From Patescibacteria group bacterium (GTDB taxonomy: Bacteria; Patescibacteriota; UBA1384; GWA2-35-9; JBASTP01): a stretch of 64,000 bases of DNA. Within the stretch, counting starts at the first letter, position 1. Every line of letters begins with the position of its first letter. Below, piece by piece: positions 26,174-35,331 of this stretch. The stretch is taken from the NCBI GenBank assembly GCA_049274945.1, contig JBASTP010000005.1, positions 3,178-67,177 on the forward strand. Reading direction: 5' to 3'. The translations under genes were made by a program, and so were the position numbers. The notes under the pieces are model-generated. The model had not been told where the DNA came from and searched no databases. It saw nothing but the letters and a program-made list of their open reading frames with translations.

Positions 26174-27028
26174 TCAACGGTTTATAACACTCTCATAGCA
26201 ATCTACCAGGTGTTGGTAGCTGCGAGTAGCAATGACATCGGCACCCGGTGAAAAATCAAACGCCTCAACCGAGACGCACCCTCGATAGCCGATCTCGATC
26301 AGCGCGGCGAAGACTTCGGTAAAGTCAATGCCGTTTTCTGCCATGCCGGGGCCCTGCATATTGAGATCGTTCAGGTGGACGTGGTGGAGTATCGGTGCAT
26401 GCCTGCGAATCAGCCAACCCCGTGAACATTGCTCGCTGCGCATACTATAGCAGTCGAGGATAATCCTCACGGGATGCCCGGCGAGTTCCTCGAGATTATC
26501 GGCAAATGCCGCTGCCTCCTCAGCCGTCGTTAGAAAATTGGTCTGATCGGGACTGAGCGGCTCAATGCACAACATAACACCAAGGTCAGCACCAACGCGG
26601 ACCGCCTGTTTCAAGGTGTGGAGCGAAAGCGTCCGCGCCCGGTCGGGCTCAACATCTGGCTTGATTGAGCGCTGCTGGGGCGATCCAAACACCATAGTAT
26701 CGCCTCCGATATCGTGGCAAAACCGGACAAGCTCCACCAGATATCCACTCGTCCTGTCTCTCACAGCCTTATCAGGATCGGAGATGTGCATCCCCTCTGT
26801 GTCCTTGAGCAGCCAGTGGAGGCCGACTATCTTAAGCTTGCTAACCTCCGCAGCAAGCCTGATCTGATTGCGCCGAGCATCAGAGATTTCAGTGACATCC
26901 TTCGAGATGATAAATGGCGCGATCTCTATGGCATCGTAGCCAAACATTTTGGCTTCAACGAATACATCTTCGATTGGGCGATTGCCCCAGAGTTCGTTGC
27001 AGATAGCAAACCTGAACGATCGTGGCAT
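26174..27028 (-). CDS. Sugar phosphate isomerase/epimerase (xylose-isomerase-like TIM barrel)
   Basis: 284 aa. AP-endonuclease-2/xylose-isomerase-like TIM-barrel motifs (GYDAIEI, HVHLND, LCIEPL). Confidence 0.7.
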   Translation of the reverse strand: MPRSFRFAICNELWGNRPIEDVFVEAKMFGYDAIEIAPFIISKDVTEISDARRNQIRLAAEVSKLKIVGLHWLLKDTEGMHISDPDKAVRDRTSGYLVELVRFCHDIGGDTMVFGSPQQRSIKPDVEPDRARTLSLHTLKQAVRVGADLGVMLCIEPLSPDQTNFLTTAEEAAAFADNLEELAGHPVRIILDCYSMRSEQCSRGWLIRRHAPILHHVHLNDLNMQGPGMAENGIDFTEVFAALIEIGYRGCVSVEAFDFSPGADVIATRSYQHLVDCYESVINR

Positions 27029-27063
27029 TTTGCCACCCCCAATTGTGAATGTCCAGCCAACTT

Positions 27064-27092
27064 ATTGTAGCATAAAAAAATATACTTTGCAA
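27064..27092 (-). promoter_or_regulatory. Promoter TTGCAA-17-TACAAT for the isomerase gene (minus strand)
   Basis: Minus-strand -35 at 27087-27092 and -10 at 27064-27069 with a 17-nt spacer, about 35 nt upstream of the start at 27028. Confidence 0.45.
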
Positions 27093-27095
27093 TTT

Positions 27096-27686
27096 CTATT
27101 TCTGGTTGGCGAGGAAGTGCTTAATCTCGGCCCAATTCATCCGACGAACATTTTTGACTTGTTTATTCCACGGTTGCTTAAAACAAATTGGGATAACATG
27201 GTCGTGTTCCCAGCCGTCGAACTCGTAGGGATTATCCTCGATAAAGTACCGAGCGCCGAGTTCTTTAGCGATTTCCAGTTTGGTTTTCCGGCCCTTGCCG
27301 CCGGCGTAGGGGTTGTTGGCGCCGTGGGAAAAATAAATCTTGATGCCGGGCAAGTGTTTGCCAAACCAAGTGAAGGTTGCCTCGCGGTAGGTTTCGGAAC
27401 GGCTGGTGATAATCACAAAATCAAAGGTTTTGCTCAGCTCGTTAATGGTATCGATTGCTGCTTTGAGCGCGGGGAGGTGCTCGACGGGGTGAAGAATATA
27501 GAACTCGGTAACCATTTCAAACATTTGTTCGAGCGGAATGCCCCAAACTGTTTCAAAATTATGATCGGTAATTTCGCTGACCTGAATCTTAGTGCCTAAT
27601 TTTGTATTAACGTAGCGAACAAATAAATTGTACCAATCAACAATCACCCCGTCGGCATCGCAAGCAATGATCGGTTTCGCTAACAT
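27096..27686 (-). CDS. HAD-superfamily 5'(3')-deoxyribonucleotidase-like phosphatase
   Basis: ORF trimmed to MLAKPIIACDADGVIVDW (HAD motif I DxDGV). A later ...IEDNP... segment is motif-IV-like. Confidence 0.65.
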   Translation of the reverse strand: MLAKPIIACDADGVIVDWYNLFVRYVNTKLGTKIQVSEITDHNFETVWGIPLEQMFEMVTEFYILHPVEHLPALKAAIDTINELSKTFDFVIITSRSETYREATFTWFGKHLPGIKIYFSHGANNPYAGGKGRKTKLEIAKELGARYFIEDNPYEFDGWEHDHVIPICFKQPWNKQVKNVRRMNWAEIKHFLANQK

Positions 27687-27788
27687 ATATAATGAATTTA
27701 CTACAACCACTGATCTTGTCCACTGATAATCACTGATCTTAATTGTCTTATCTGTGTTGATCTGTGGAATAAATCTGTGGTTGTTGTC

Positions 27789-29645
27789 CTACCTTATTAC
27801 GGCTGTTCCGGCGATTTTCTTACTCTGGCGAGTGCGGGCCGTGGTGTCCAATATTTTTTTGCGCAATCGTAAACTTTTTGGCGTTACCTCAAGGAATTCA
27901 TCGTCTTCCAAAAAATCGAGGCCCTGCTCGAGGCTCATCAAAACCGGCGGGGCCAGAATAACACTAATGTCCGAGGTTGACGCGCGAACATTGGTCATCT
28001 TCTTTTCTTTGGTAACGTTAATCTCAATGTCTTCTTCACGGCTATTGAGGCCAATAATCATGCCTTTATACACTTGGGTTTGCGGCTCAATGAATGTGGT
28101 ACCGCGGCCCTGGGCAATGTTGAGCCCGTAGGTTACCGCTTTGCCGTTTTCTGACGCAATCAACACGCCGTTGCGCAGTTTGGAAATTGGCGCACCAAGT
28201 GGCGCAAACTTAATAAAGAGCGAATTCATAACCGCGGTGCCACGGGAAATGGTGAGCAGTTGGTTGCGCAGCCCTAACAGCCCGCGGGTGGCAATTTCAA
28301 ATACTAACCGGATGGTGCCGTCTGAATTATCGGACTGTGCGAGCAACATGCCGCGGCGGCGCCCCACCTCGGCTGTAATCGCGCCGGCGTAGGCTGCGCC
28401 AACATCCACCGTGAGCTCTTCAATCGGCTCAACTATTTTACCATCTTGGATTTGTGTAATAACCGTTGGTTTTCCCACTTGCAACTCGTAGCCTTCGCGC
28501 CGCAGCGTTTCGATCAACACCGAGAGGTGCAACTCGCCACGGCCCGAGAGCAGAAATTCACCGCGAGCGGCACGAGCGGCTTGGTCAGATACCTCAAGCT
28601 TTAACGATACATTTGTTTCGAGTTCGCGTTCAATCCGCTCAAGAATTTGTCGGCTCGTCACAAATTTTCCTTCTCTGCCGACAAACGGCGAAGTGTTGGC
28701 GGAAACGGCCATTTTGAGGGTGGGAGGCGCAATGATAATGCGGGGCAAGGCCTCGGGTGTTAGGGCATCGGCAATGGTGTCGCCAATTTTGGCGTTCTTA
28801 AAACCGGTGAGTGCCACAATATCGCCGGCCACGGCCTCGCCCACCTGCACTCGCTTGAGCCCTTGGCTTACGTACACACTATCGATCACGCCCGACTCGC
28901 TTGCGCCGTGTTCGCCGAGCACCCTAACTTTTAATCCAGGGCGGGCAGCGCCGCGGGCAATCCTGCCAATGGCATACTTGCCTTGGTAGCTGTCCCAATC
29001 AAGGGTGGTTACTACCATTTGGAATGCCCCAACTTGGTCGCCAACTGGCGCGGGAATGTGCTGCAGAATACCTTCAAATAGCGGCGAAAGGTCAGCTTGC
29101 TCGCTGAAATCACCGGGCTGCTGCGCCCATGCCTTGCCGTCTCTGCCGATTGCAACATACACCGGAAAATCGAGCTCGGATTCGTGCCGGGCCAGCTCCA
29201 AAAAAAGATCGTGGGTTTTGCGAATCACCTCGTCAACCCGGGCGTCTTTTTTATCGATTTTGTTGATCACCACAATGATTTTAAGGCCGAGTTCAAGCGC
29301 TTTTTTGAGCACAAATTTGGTTTGCGGCATCGGGCCTTCTTGCGCGTCAATGAGCAACAGGGCGCCGTCGGCCATGGCAAGGGTGCGTTCCACCTCGCCG
29401 CCAAAATCAGCGTGGCCCGGGGTATCGATAATGTTAATTTTTACGTCCTTATACGTAATCGCTGTATTCTTGGCCAAAATGGTAATGCCGCGCTCGCGCT
29501 CTTGGTCGCTCCAATCCATAATAAGCGCCTGAGCCATTTCCGGCTCGTTTTCCCTAAACGTTTTGGACTGCTTTAACAGGCCATCTACTAAGGTGGTCTT
29601 GCCGTGGTCAACGTGGGCAATAATAGCAACGTTGCGTAATTCCAT
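27789..29645 (-). CDS. typA: Translational GTPase TypA/BipA
   Basis: NVAIIAHVDHGKTTLVD, DTPGHADF and NKIDK G-motifs plus TypA-specific C-terminal domains. 618 aa. Confidence 0.9.
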   Translation of the reverse strand: MELRNVAIIAHVDHGKTTLVDGLLKQSKTFRENEPEMAQALIMDWSDQERERGITILAKNTAITYKDVKINIIDTPGHADFGGEVERTLAMADGALLLIDAQEGPMPQTKFVLKKALELGLKIIVVINKIDKKDARVDEVIRKTHDLFLELARHESELDFPVYVAIGRDGKAWAQQPGDFSEQADLSPLFEGILQHIPAPVGDQVGAFQMVVTTLDWDSYQGKYAIGRIARGAARPGLKVRVLGEHGASESGVIDSVYVSQGLKRVQVGEAVAGDIVALTGFKNAKIGDTIADALTPEALPRIIIAPPTLKMAVSANTSPFVGREGKFVTSRQILERIERELETNVSLKLEVSDQAARAARGEFLLSGRGELHLSVLIETLRREGYELQVGKPTVITQIQDGKIVEPIEELTVDVGAAYAGAITAEVGRRRGMLLAQSDNSDGTIRLVFEIATRGLLGLRNQLLTISRGTAVMNSLFIKFAPLGAPISKLRNGVLIASENGKAVTYGLNIAQGRGTTFIEPQTQVYKGMIIGLNSREEDIEINVTKEKKMTNVRASTSDISVILAPPVLMSLEQGLDFLEDDEFLEVTPKSLRLRKKILDTTARTRQSKKIAGTAVIR

Positions 29646-29710
29646 AAAAAATAAAAAATCCCTCTTGGGAACCTACTGACTATACCATATTTTCAGGAGA
29701 ACGTCAATGA

Positions 29711-29821
29711 TTAAGACCGCTTCTTACGTGAATGATCAAGCAATGTAGGAAGACTGATCAATACCACAATCAAAATAATAACTGCAACAATAAGATAAAA
29801 TAATAGTAAATCGGTGGTCAT
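29711..29821 (-). CDS. Putative 36-aa single-TM micropeptide (MTTDLLLFYLIVAVIILIVVLISLPTLLDHSRKKRS)
   Basis: Not in the ORF track because it is under 60 aa. Its ATG overlaps the stop of the upstream 65-aa gene in an ATGA arrangement (translational coupling). Hydrophobic core plus a basic tail. Confidence 0.25.
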   Translation of the reverse strand: MTTDLLLFYLIVAVIILIVVLISLPTLLDHSRKKRS

Positions 29822-30015
29822 TGCTCGTTTATCTCTAATATGAGACTAACTAATAAGGAGATTAAAGTCAACACGGTGCCAACTCCAACCAAGTGAATAT
29901 CAATTGCCGTTTTATTCAATAAACTAGGAATAACGATTGAGGCCAAGATTACCAAACTCAAATTTGCCAAAAATTCTGAAAGTCGTTCCCGTTGAGGAGT
30001 ATTGAGCTGGATCAC
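29818..30015 (-). CDS. Small two-TM membrane protein
   Basis: 65 aa, two hydrophobic helices. 4-nt overlap with the upstream 174-aa gene. Confidence 0.4.
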   Translation of the reverse strand: MIQLNTPQRERLSEFLANLSLVILASIVIPSLLNKTAIDIHLVGVGTVLTLISLLVSLILEINEQ

Positions 30016-30536
30016 TCGTAGTAGTCATCGTTCCGGCTGTGGCGGAAACCGAGCACAATGAGGGCGAGCACCGGCGCGATCGTCCAGATGTCGTGCCGTT
30101 CAATAATGATCTTGGCAAGGCGCGATTGGTTGGCCAGCGCGCCGCGCACCTCGTCCGGCAGGAAGTAGAGCACCGTGGTTAAAATGAGCGCGGAATTGAG
30201 CAGTGAAAAAATCGCTACCTCAAACGGCGAGAGCAACCCCCTGCCCGAACGGCCCACCAGCCCCGAACGCACGGTGAGCAAGATAATGGTCAGGCCAAAC
30301 ACCGCGGTTTGCACGGTGAACGGCGAAACATTCGCCTTCACAAAAATCGATCCCACGGTTTTATCGCCGTCAAAAAACCCGAGCATTAACGGCGTGATCA
30401 CCTGGGTTACCACCAGCGCGGCGTAGATCGAAATTAAGGTGATCACCACCTTTTCGCGCTGCAAAATGAAGCCATAGCTCACGCCAATGATAAAAAAGAG
30501 ACCAATGAATAAATCCCAGGTTGGCGCGTGAATCAA
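30012..30536 (-). CDS. Integral membrane protein (CvpA-like topology, uncertain)
   Basis: 174 aa with 4-5 TM helices. First gene of a three-gene small-membrane-protein operon. Confidence 0.45.
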   Translation of the reverse strand: MIHAPTWDLFIGLFFIIGVSYGFILQREKVVITLISIYAALVVTQVITPLMLGFFDGDKTVGSIFVKANVSPFTVQTAVFGLTIILLTVRSGLVGRSGRGLLSPFEVAIFSLLNSALILTTVLYFLPDEVRGALANQSRLAKIIIERHDIWTIAPVLALIVLGFRHSRNDDYYE

Positions 30537-30578
30537 GAACTCCCTCCCGGAGACCGCTTTTGGCGGTTTTACTCTCTA

Positions 30579-30658
30579 TCCATTGTATTGTCCTTATGGC
30601 AGGGGTGTCAACTCGTTCGACCAGCTCAGAGTTGACACTGAGCAATGTCGAAGTGTCA
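30579..30658. promoter_or_regulatory. Divergent control region: minus-strand promoter TTGACA-18-TACAAT plus three GTGTCAAC/GTTGACAC repeats
   Basis: GTGTCAACTC (30602-30611) and GAGTTGACAC (30626-30635) form a 10-bp inverted repeat with a 14-nt spacer. A third GTGTCAAC lies at 30651-30658. The first repeat overlaps the -35 of the minus-strand promoter. An RBS AAAAGGAGAG precedes the plus-strand PRTase gene. Confidence 0.4.
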
Positions 30659-30702
30659 ACATATATGCTAGGATTGGACCGAACGCACGTGAAAAGGAGA
30701 GA

Positions 30703-31479
30703 CCAATGGCACGGGAGATTTTGATTGCCGGCACCGATCACCTTGAAACGATCAGACGCTGCGATGGCTACTATGAAGCAACCCAAAATGGGGATGGCAC
30801 CTTCCTTGGACCACTGGTGATTACCGGTAGTTACGAGGTCAGTCTAGGCACTGGGATACGCCGGGCATTGCTATCGCCGATCCTTTATAATATTGCCAGA
30901 GTAGAACAGAAAGTATCGGTGCTTAGCCATTTCTCAAGACTACTAAGGGCACGGGTCATTGAGCAGCTCGGAACTCGAGACATTCCTGGTGATGAAGTGA
31001 TTGAATCACTAATAGTGATTCCCCGAACTAACTTTGGGACTTTACTGGCCTTTCATCTTGGTTGTCAGCTAGTGGAGGCAGAAAAAAGAATTACCCGCCC
31101 TGCAGGCGAATTACAACCTCCTCAGTACGAGTTGGTATTTGAACGGCATCGGTTGGAAAAAGGCCAGAGGGTAGCGATCTTCGACGATGTCGGCAATAAC
31201 TTCACCGGAGTAACTAAACTCATCACCGAACTGGGCCGGCTCAATAGCAAGATCGTTGCCGTGATCTGCGTGGTTAACCGCTCTGGAAAAACCATACAAT
31301 CATTGCCTTGCCACGGTGATATTCCCATCATTTCACTACTCGATTTGCCGACACCACAATATCACCAGGATGATCCTCTTGTTGCCGCGGCACTAGAACA
31401 ACGCAATATCTTCGGCGACCCAAAGAAACACTGGGATCAGCTGCTCGCCATTATGAAGCGGTTAAACAATCCTCACTGA
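30703..31479 (+). CDS. Phosphoribosyltransferase-domain protein (N-terminal unknown domain + type I PRTase)
   Basis: ORF trimmed to MAREILIAG with an AAGGAGAG RBS. PRPP motif VAIFDDVGNNFTG in the C-terminal half. Confidence 0.6.
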   Translation, partial: PMAREILIAGTDHLETIRRCDGYYEATQNGDGTFLGPLVITGSYEVSLGTGIRRALLSPILYNIARVEQKVSVLSHFSRLLRARVIEQLGTRDIPGDEVIESLIVIPRTNFGTLLAFHLGCQLVEAEKRITRPAGELQPPQYELVFERHRLEKGQRVAIFDDVGNNFTGVTKLITELGRLNSKIVAVICVVNRSGKTIQSLPCHGDIPIISLLDLPTPQYHQDDPLVAAALEQRNIFGDPKKHWDQLLAIMKRLNNPH

Positions 31480-31492
31480 AAGACCGAAAACC

Positions 31493-32323
31493 ATGCGACT
31501 GATAAGCGCCCTTGCGCTACTGAGTGTAGTCTCTCTCGGTGCGCGCCAATCGCCCAAGGCTCCCGTTCCTAAAACCAAGCGCCCAGTGGCGGTAATCGCT
31601 CACCGCGGCGGCATGGGAGAAGCCCCGGAAAATACCAAAGCAGCCATCGAAAACGCCATCAAGCGTAGGGTGGACTGGGCAGAAGTTGATGTGCGCTATG
31701 CCAGTGACGGCACGCTCATCCTCCTCCACGATAACAATTTACAAAGAACAACCGGGGAGATAGGGACGGTCAGTGAAATGCCCTATCAAGAATTGCGCAA
31801 GTTTAACATTCCCACCTTCCGCGAAATCCTTGAGCTCTGCCGCGGCAAGTGCAATGTCTATATCCATTACAAAGATGGTGATGCGCGGGCCATTTGGCAG
31901 GAAATACGCGATACCAAGATGACCAAGCAGGTTATGGTCTATATTCCGTTGAAAGACGTTGCTTACTGGCGCAAAATCGCCCCATTACTGCCCCTTATGG
32001 TGCGGCTGCCCGAGGCATTCCGCGCTCCGGAAAAAATCAAAGAATTTGCCAGGCAGTACCCGATTTCAGCCATCGAAGGCCCAACCTGCAATAGCTACTC
32101 AAAGGAGCTGATCGACGCGGCGCATGGCTGCGGACTCAAGGTATTTCTCGATTGCCTGGGGTCGGCCGAACTGCCTCCATTCCTGAAAAGACTCAACGAT
32201 GCCCTGGATTCACCAGAGACCTACCAGCAGGCAATCGAACGCGGCGCCGACGCCATCCAGACCGACTACCCCCAGCGCCTGCTCGATTACCTCAAAACCC
32301 ATAATCCCTCGGCGGTGAAATAA
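31493..32323 (+). CDS. Glycerophosphodiester phosphodiesterase (GDPD family), secreted
   Basis: Signal peptide, then VAVIAHRGGMGEAPENT (the HRGG motif of GDPD) and EVDVRYASDGTLILLHD. Confidence 0.8.
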   Translation: MRLISALALLSVVSLGARQSPKAPVPKTKRPVAVIAHRGGMGEAPENTKAAIENAIKRRVDWAEVDVRYASDGTLILLHDNNLQRTTGEIGTVSEMPYQELRKFNIPTFREILELCRGKCNVYIHYKDGDARAIWQEIRDTKMTKQVMVYIPLKDVAYWRKIAPLLPLMVRLPEAFRAPEKIKEFARQYPISAIEGPTCNSYSKELIDAAHGCGLKVFLDCLGSAELPPFLKRLNDALDSPETYQQAIERGADAIQTDYPQRLLDYLKTHNPSAVK

Positions 32324-32378
32324 CCCCCGGGGATTTTTTGTTGCGCTAACGCACAATATATGCCATACTTTTGCCAGG

Positions 32379-33263
32379 TTGCGCAGTTTGACAACCGAAT
32401 CTACTGGAACGGAGAGTGTCATGGAAAGAAACTTCTTACAGCTGTTGAAAGGACGATGGCCCGATTCCTGCGCCTGCGTGGGGCTCGACAGTGACTACAG
32501 AAAGCTACCGGCCTCCCTGAAAGAAAAAGGATTGTCGGTCCACGATACCTTGTTGGCATTCAATGGGGCGATCGTGAACCGTACGCACGACCTTGTTTGC
32601 GCCTACAAATTACAGTCATCATTCTACGAGGCAGAGGGTCCGGAAGGCATCGCTGCAATGGTCGAAACAGTCAAGTTCATCAACGACAACTTTCCCGATA
32701 TCGCGGTCATCAGTGATGCAAAACGCGCCGACATCGGCAACACGAATGATGGCTATGTCTCTGCAACGTTCGACCGCTACAATTTCGATGCCATGACCCT
32801 GCATCCGTACCTGGGAATCGGCGCCTTGAAGCCATTCCTCTCCCGCATTGAAAAAGGATGTATCATCTTGTGCCGAACGTCGAATGATGAAGCACGAGAA
32901 TTCCAGGACCTCATCGTTCAACGCGGCGAAACCGAGATGCCCTTGTGGCAATATGTTGCCCATCAAGTCACGGAAGAGTGGAATACTAACGACAACTGCT
33001 GCATGGTCGCGGGCGCGACATATCCGGGAGAATTGGCGAAAATCCGCGAGATCGCCGGCGACATGCCCTTGCTTATTCCCGGTATCGGCGCCCAAGGCGG
33101 CGACATCGAGGCAACGGTGAAAGCCGGCAAAAACAGCCAGGGCGCGGGGATGATCATCAACAACTCCCGCGGGATCACATTCGCATCCGATGGTCCGGAT
33201 TTTGCCGAAGTCGCTCGCGCGAAGACGATCGAGTTCCGCGACGCGATCAACCTATATCGTTAG
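32379..33263 (+). CDS. pyrF: Orotidine 5'-phosphate decarboxylase (type 2, about 290 aa)
   Basis: Length and motifs (VGLDSD..., DAKRADIGNT, GIGAQGG) fit the long-form ODCase. Confidence 0.8.
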   Translation: MRSLTTESTGTESVMERNFLQLLKGRWPDSCACVGLDSDYRKLPASLKEKGLSVHDTLLAFNGAIVNRTHDLVCAYKLQSSFYEAEGPEGIAAMVETVKFINDNFPDIAVISDAKRADIGNTNDGYVSATFDRYNFDAMTLHPYLGIGALKPFLSRIEKGCIILCRTSNDEAREFQDLIVQRGETEMPLWQYVAHQVTEEWNTNDNCCMVAGATYPGELAKIREIAGDMPLLIPGIGAQGGDIEATVKAGKNSQGAGMIINNSRGITFASDGPDFAEVARAKTIEFRDAINLYR

Positions 33264-33314
33264 ACCGCGTAAATCTCGACAATCTGCAAACGCTAGAACG
33301 AAAGAAGGTGAGAA

Positions 33315-33999
33315 AATGGAGTTTACAGGAATTCAACGAGAGATTGCACTGCTCATCTTCGCAGGCGGTGGCATTGAATTTGGTGATTTCAAACTCAAAA
33401 TGCACGAAGAGCATCCCGATGCTCCCCTGTCACCGATTTACATCAACCTGCGGGGGAAACCGAAGGGCAATTTCAGCGCCAAAACCTTGGCAGCGCTCGG
33501 ACACTATCTGGCTGATCACGCGGTGCCCCACGGCATCACTGATTTCAGGTGTGTCGTCGGATTGCCTAAGGCCGGAGAACCCTTAGCCGACGGGTTTGCA
33601 GAATCGTTCACAACCGAATATAAGAAACTGCGACTCGAAAAGGAGGAGGGCAACAACAAGCGTAAAATCGCACCAGTCGTACGCGGCGACTTCAAGCAAG
33701 ACGAAAATGTCCTGATGATCGATGACTTGATCACCAAGGCAGATACAAAACTCGAAGGTGCGCAGGCGCTCCGTGATAACGGTTTGGTCGTCACGGATTG
33801 TCTGGTCTTGGTTGACCGCGAGAAGGGGGGGGAGACCGAACTCGCGAAAGCAGGAATCAATCTCCACGCCGTGATTACGTTGACGCAGCTTCTCGACTTT
33901 TACGTCGGAGTTGGTCTGATCGACGAAGCAACCAAGGAATGTGTCGTGAACTACCGTCAAGCCGTCGAGGACTACTTCGCGAACCAGAAAGGACAATAA
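33315..33999 (+). CDS. pyrE: Orotate phosphoribosyltransferase
   Basis: Trimmed to MEFTGIQREIAL with a GAAGGTGAG RBS. PRPP motif VLMIDDLITKADTK. Follows pyrF. Confidence 0.8.
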
Positions 34000-34110
34000 T
34001 CCAGCTCAACGCCCGCCCGTCTTTGGACCACTGTCCCAAGCCGGGCTTTTTTGTTGCTAAAGTTCACGGCGTAGCATATATTGTAACTGCACTACGAAAA
34101 GGGTGACTGC

Positions 34111-35181
34111 ATGTTGCATCTTGACAACTTAGGCACCGCTACATACCGAAAGATCATTCGACCGATCATTTTTAGAAAAACGAGGCACGACCCCGAAGAC
34201 GCCCACGATTGGGTGCTCAATACCTTGAGAGATTGGGGTAATTCACCTCGACGCTTGCAGCTTATCAGAAACGTCTTTAGACCAGTTAACGCGCCGGTTG
34301 ACGTATTCAATATCCGGTTTCCCAACCGCGTCGGCCTAGCAGCAGGCTACGACAAGAACGCGGTTGCGCTGGCCGCATGGCCAGCGCTTGGCTTTGGCTT
34401 CTGCGTAGTCGGCACGGTAACCAAAAATCAGCAAACCGGCAACCCTCGGCCCAGGCAGTTTCGCCTAGATAAAGACGATGCTGTCATCAACCGAATGGGC
34501 TTCAACAACGACGGGGTGAGTGCCATTGCCGCGCGACTCGCAGGCTACCCCCAGCACCCAATTCCTATCTGGGTGAGCATCGGCAAATCAGCGGCGACCA
34601 AATTGGAAGACGCGCCGATTGAATACTACGAGCTCGCGAGGGAGCTTTGGCCATTCGCCGATGTGATCGAGGTCAACGTTACCTCACCAAACACGCCCGG
34701 GCTGCGAAACCTGCTCGAGCAAAAACCACTTAGCGATATCCTCCAAGCTGTCCAATCGGCTAATTGTGAGAGAGCAGGCCAAGGCATGGGCAAACCGATT
34801 GTTCTGAAACTATCGCCTGATTCGAGCGAGTCCGCTTTGTATCAGCAGATTGAAGTGGCGTTGGGAAACGGCATCAACGGCTTTACTGCCACAAACACCA
34901 CGGTGCGCCGCGGCCCGTTTTCGCTTGCAAGTGGCAACGCGTTGACATCTGAAGCCGGCGGTCTGAGCGGTAGACCGCTCTATAATTTTGCGCTGGATGC
35001 GGTCCGCTTCGTGCATCGCGCCACAAACGGCCTAACGCCGATCGTGGCGGCTGGTGGCATCGGGAGCGCTGATGACGCCAAACGGATGGTGGACAGCGGC
35101 GCCGCACTGATTCAAATCTTTACCGGACTTGTTTACAACGGGCCCTACTTAATCCGAACCTTGGCACGAAAGCTCAAGTAA
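34111..35181 (+). CDS. pyrD: Dihydroorotate dehydrogenase (quinone), class 2
   Basis: 356 aa. N-terminal membrane-association helix, FMN-binding GxGxxT motifs (GLAAGYDKN, IVAAGGIGSADDA). Confidence 0.85.
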   Translation: MLHLDNLGTATYRKIIRPIIFRKTRHDPEDAHDWVLNTLRDWGNSPRRLQLIRNVFRPVNAPVDVFNIRFPNRVGLAAGYDKNAVALAAWPALGFGFCVVGTVTKNQQTGNPRPRQFRLDKDDAVINRMGFNNDGVSAIAARLAGYPQHPIPIWVSIGKSAATKLEDAPIEYYELARELWPFADVIEVNVTSPNTPGLRNLLEQKPLSDILQAVQSANCERAGQGMGKPIVLKLSPDSSESALYQQIEVALGNGINGFTATNTTVRRGPFSLASGNALTSEAGGLSGRPLYNFALDAVRFVHRATNGLTPIVAAGGIGSADDAKRMVDSGAALIQIFTGLVYNGPYLIRTLARKLK

Positions 35182-35246
35182 AGTCGTCCCGTTCAAGGCG
35201 GTAGGAACCCTCAAGTGGCAACTCGCCCCAAAGTAATTTGGGGCCT

Positions 35247-35278
35247 GCCCAGCACCCAATGTGGTGCTGGGCTTTTTT
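35247..35278 (+). terminator. Rho-independent terminator after pyrD, between convergent pyrD and lepA
   Basis: GCCCAGCACC-CAATGT-GGTGCTGGGC 10-bp stem followed by TTTTTT. Confidence 0.75.
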
Positions 35279-35331
35279 GTATTTGCAATGCCGCACTTCT
35301 ATTCTCAAATTCTCGAGAATTCAAGAATAGA

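Noticed and set aside
27711-27788. Short direct repeats (TGATCT x3, ATCTGTGG x2) as DnaA boxes or origin
   Set aside because: No good match to TTATCCACA. No dnaA or dnaN nearby. More likely a local promoter or operator region for the HAD phosphatase gene.
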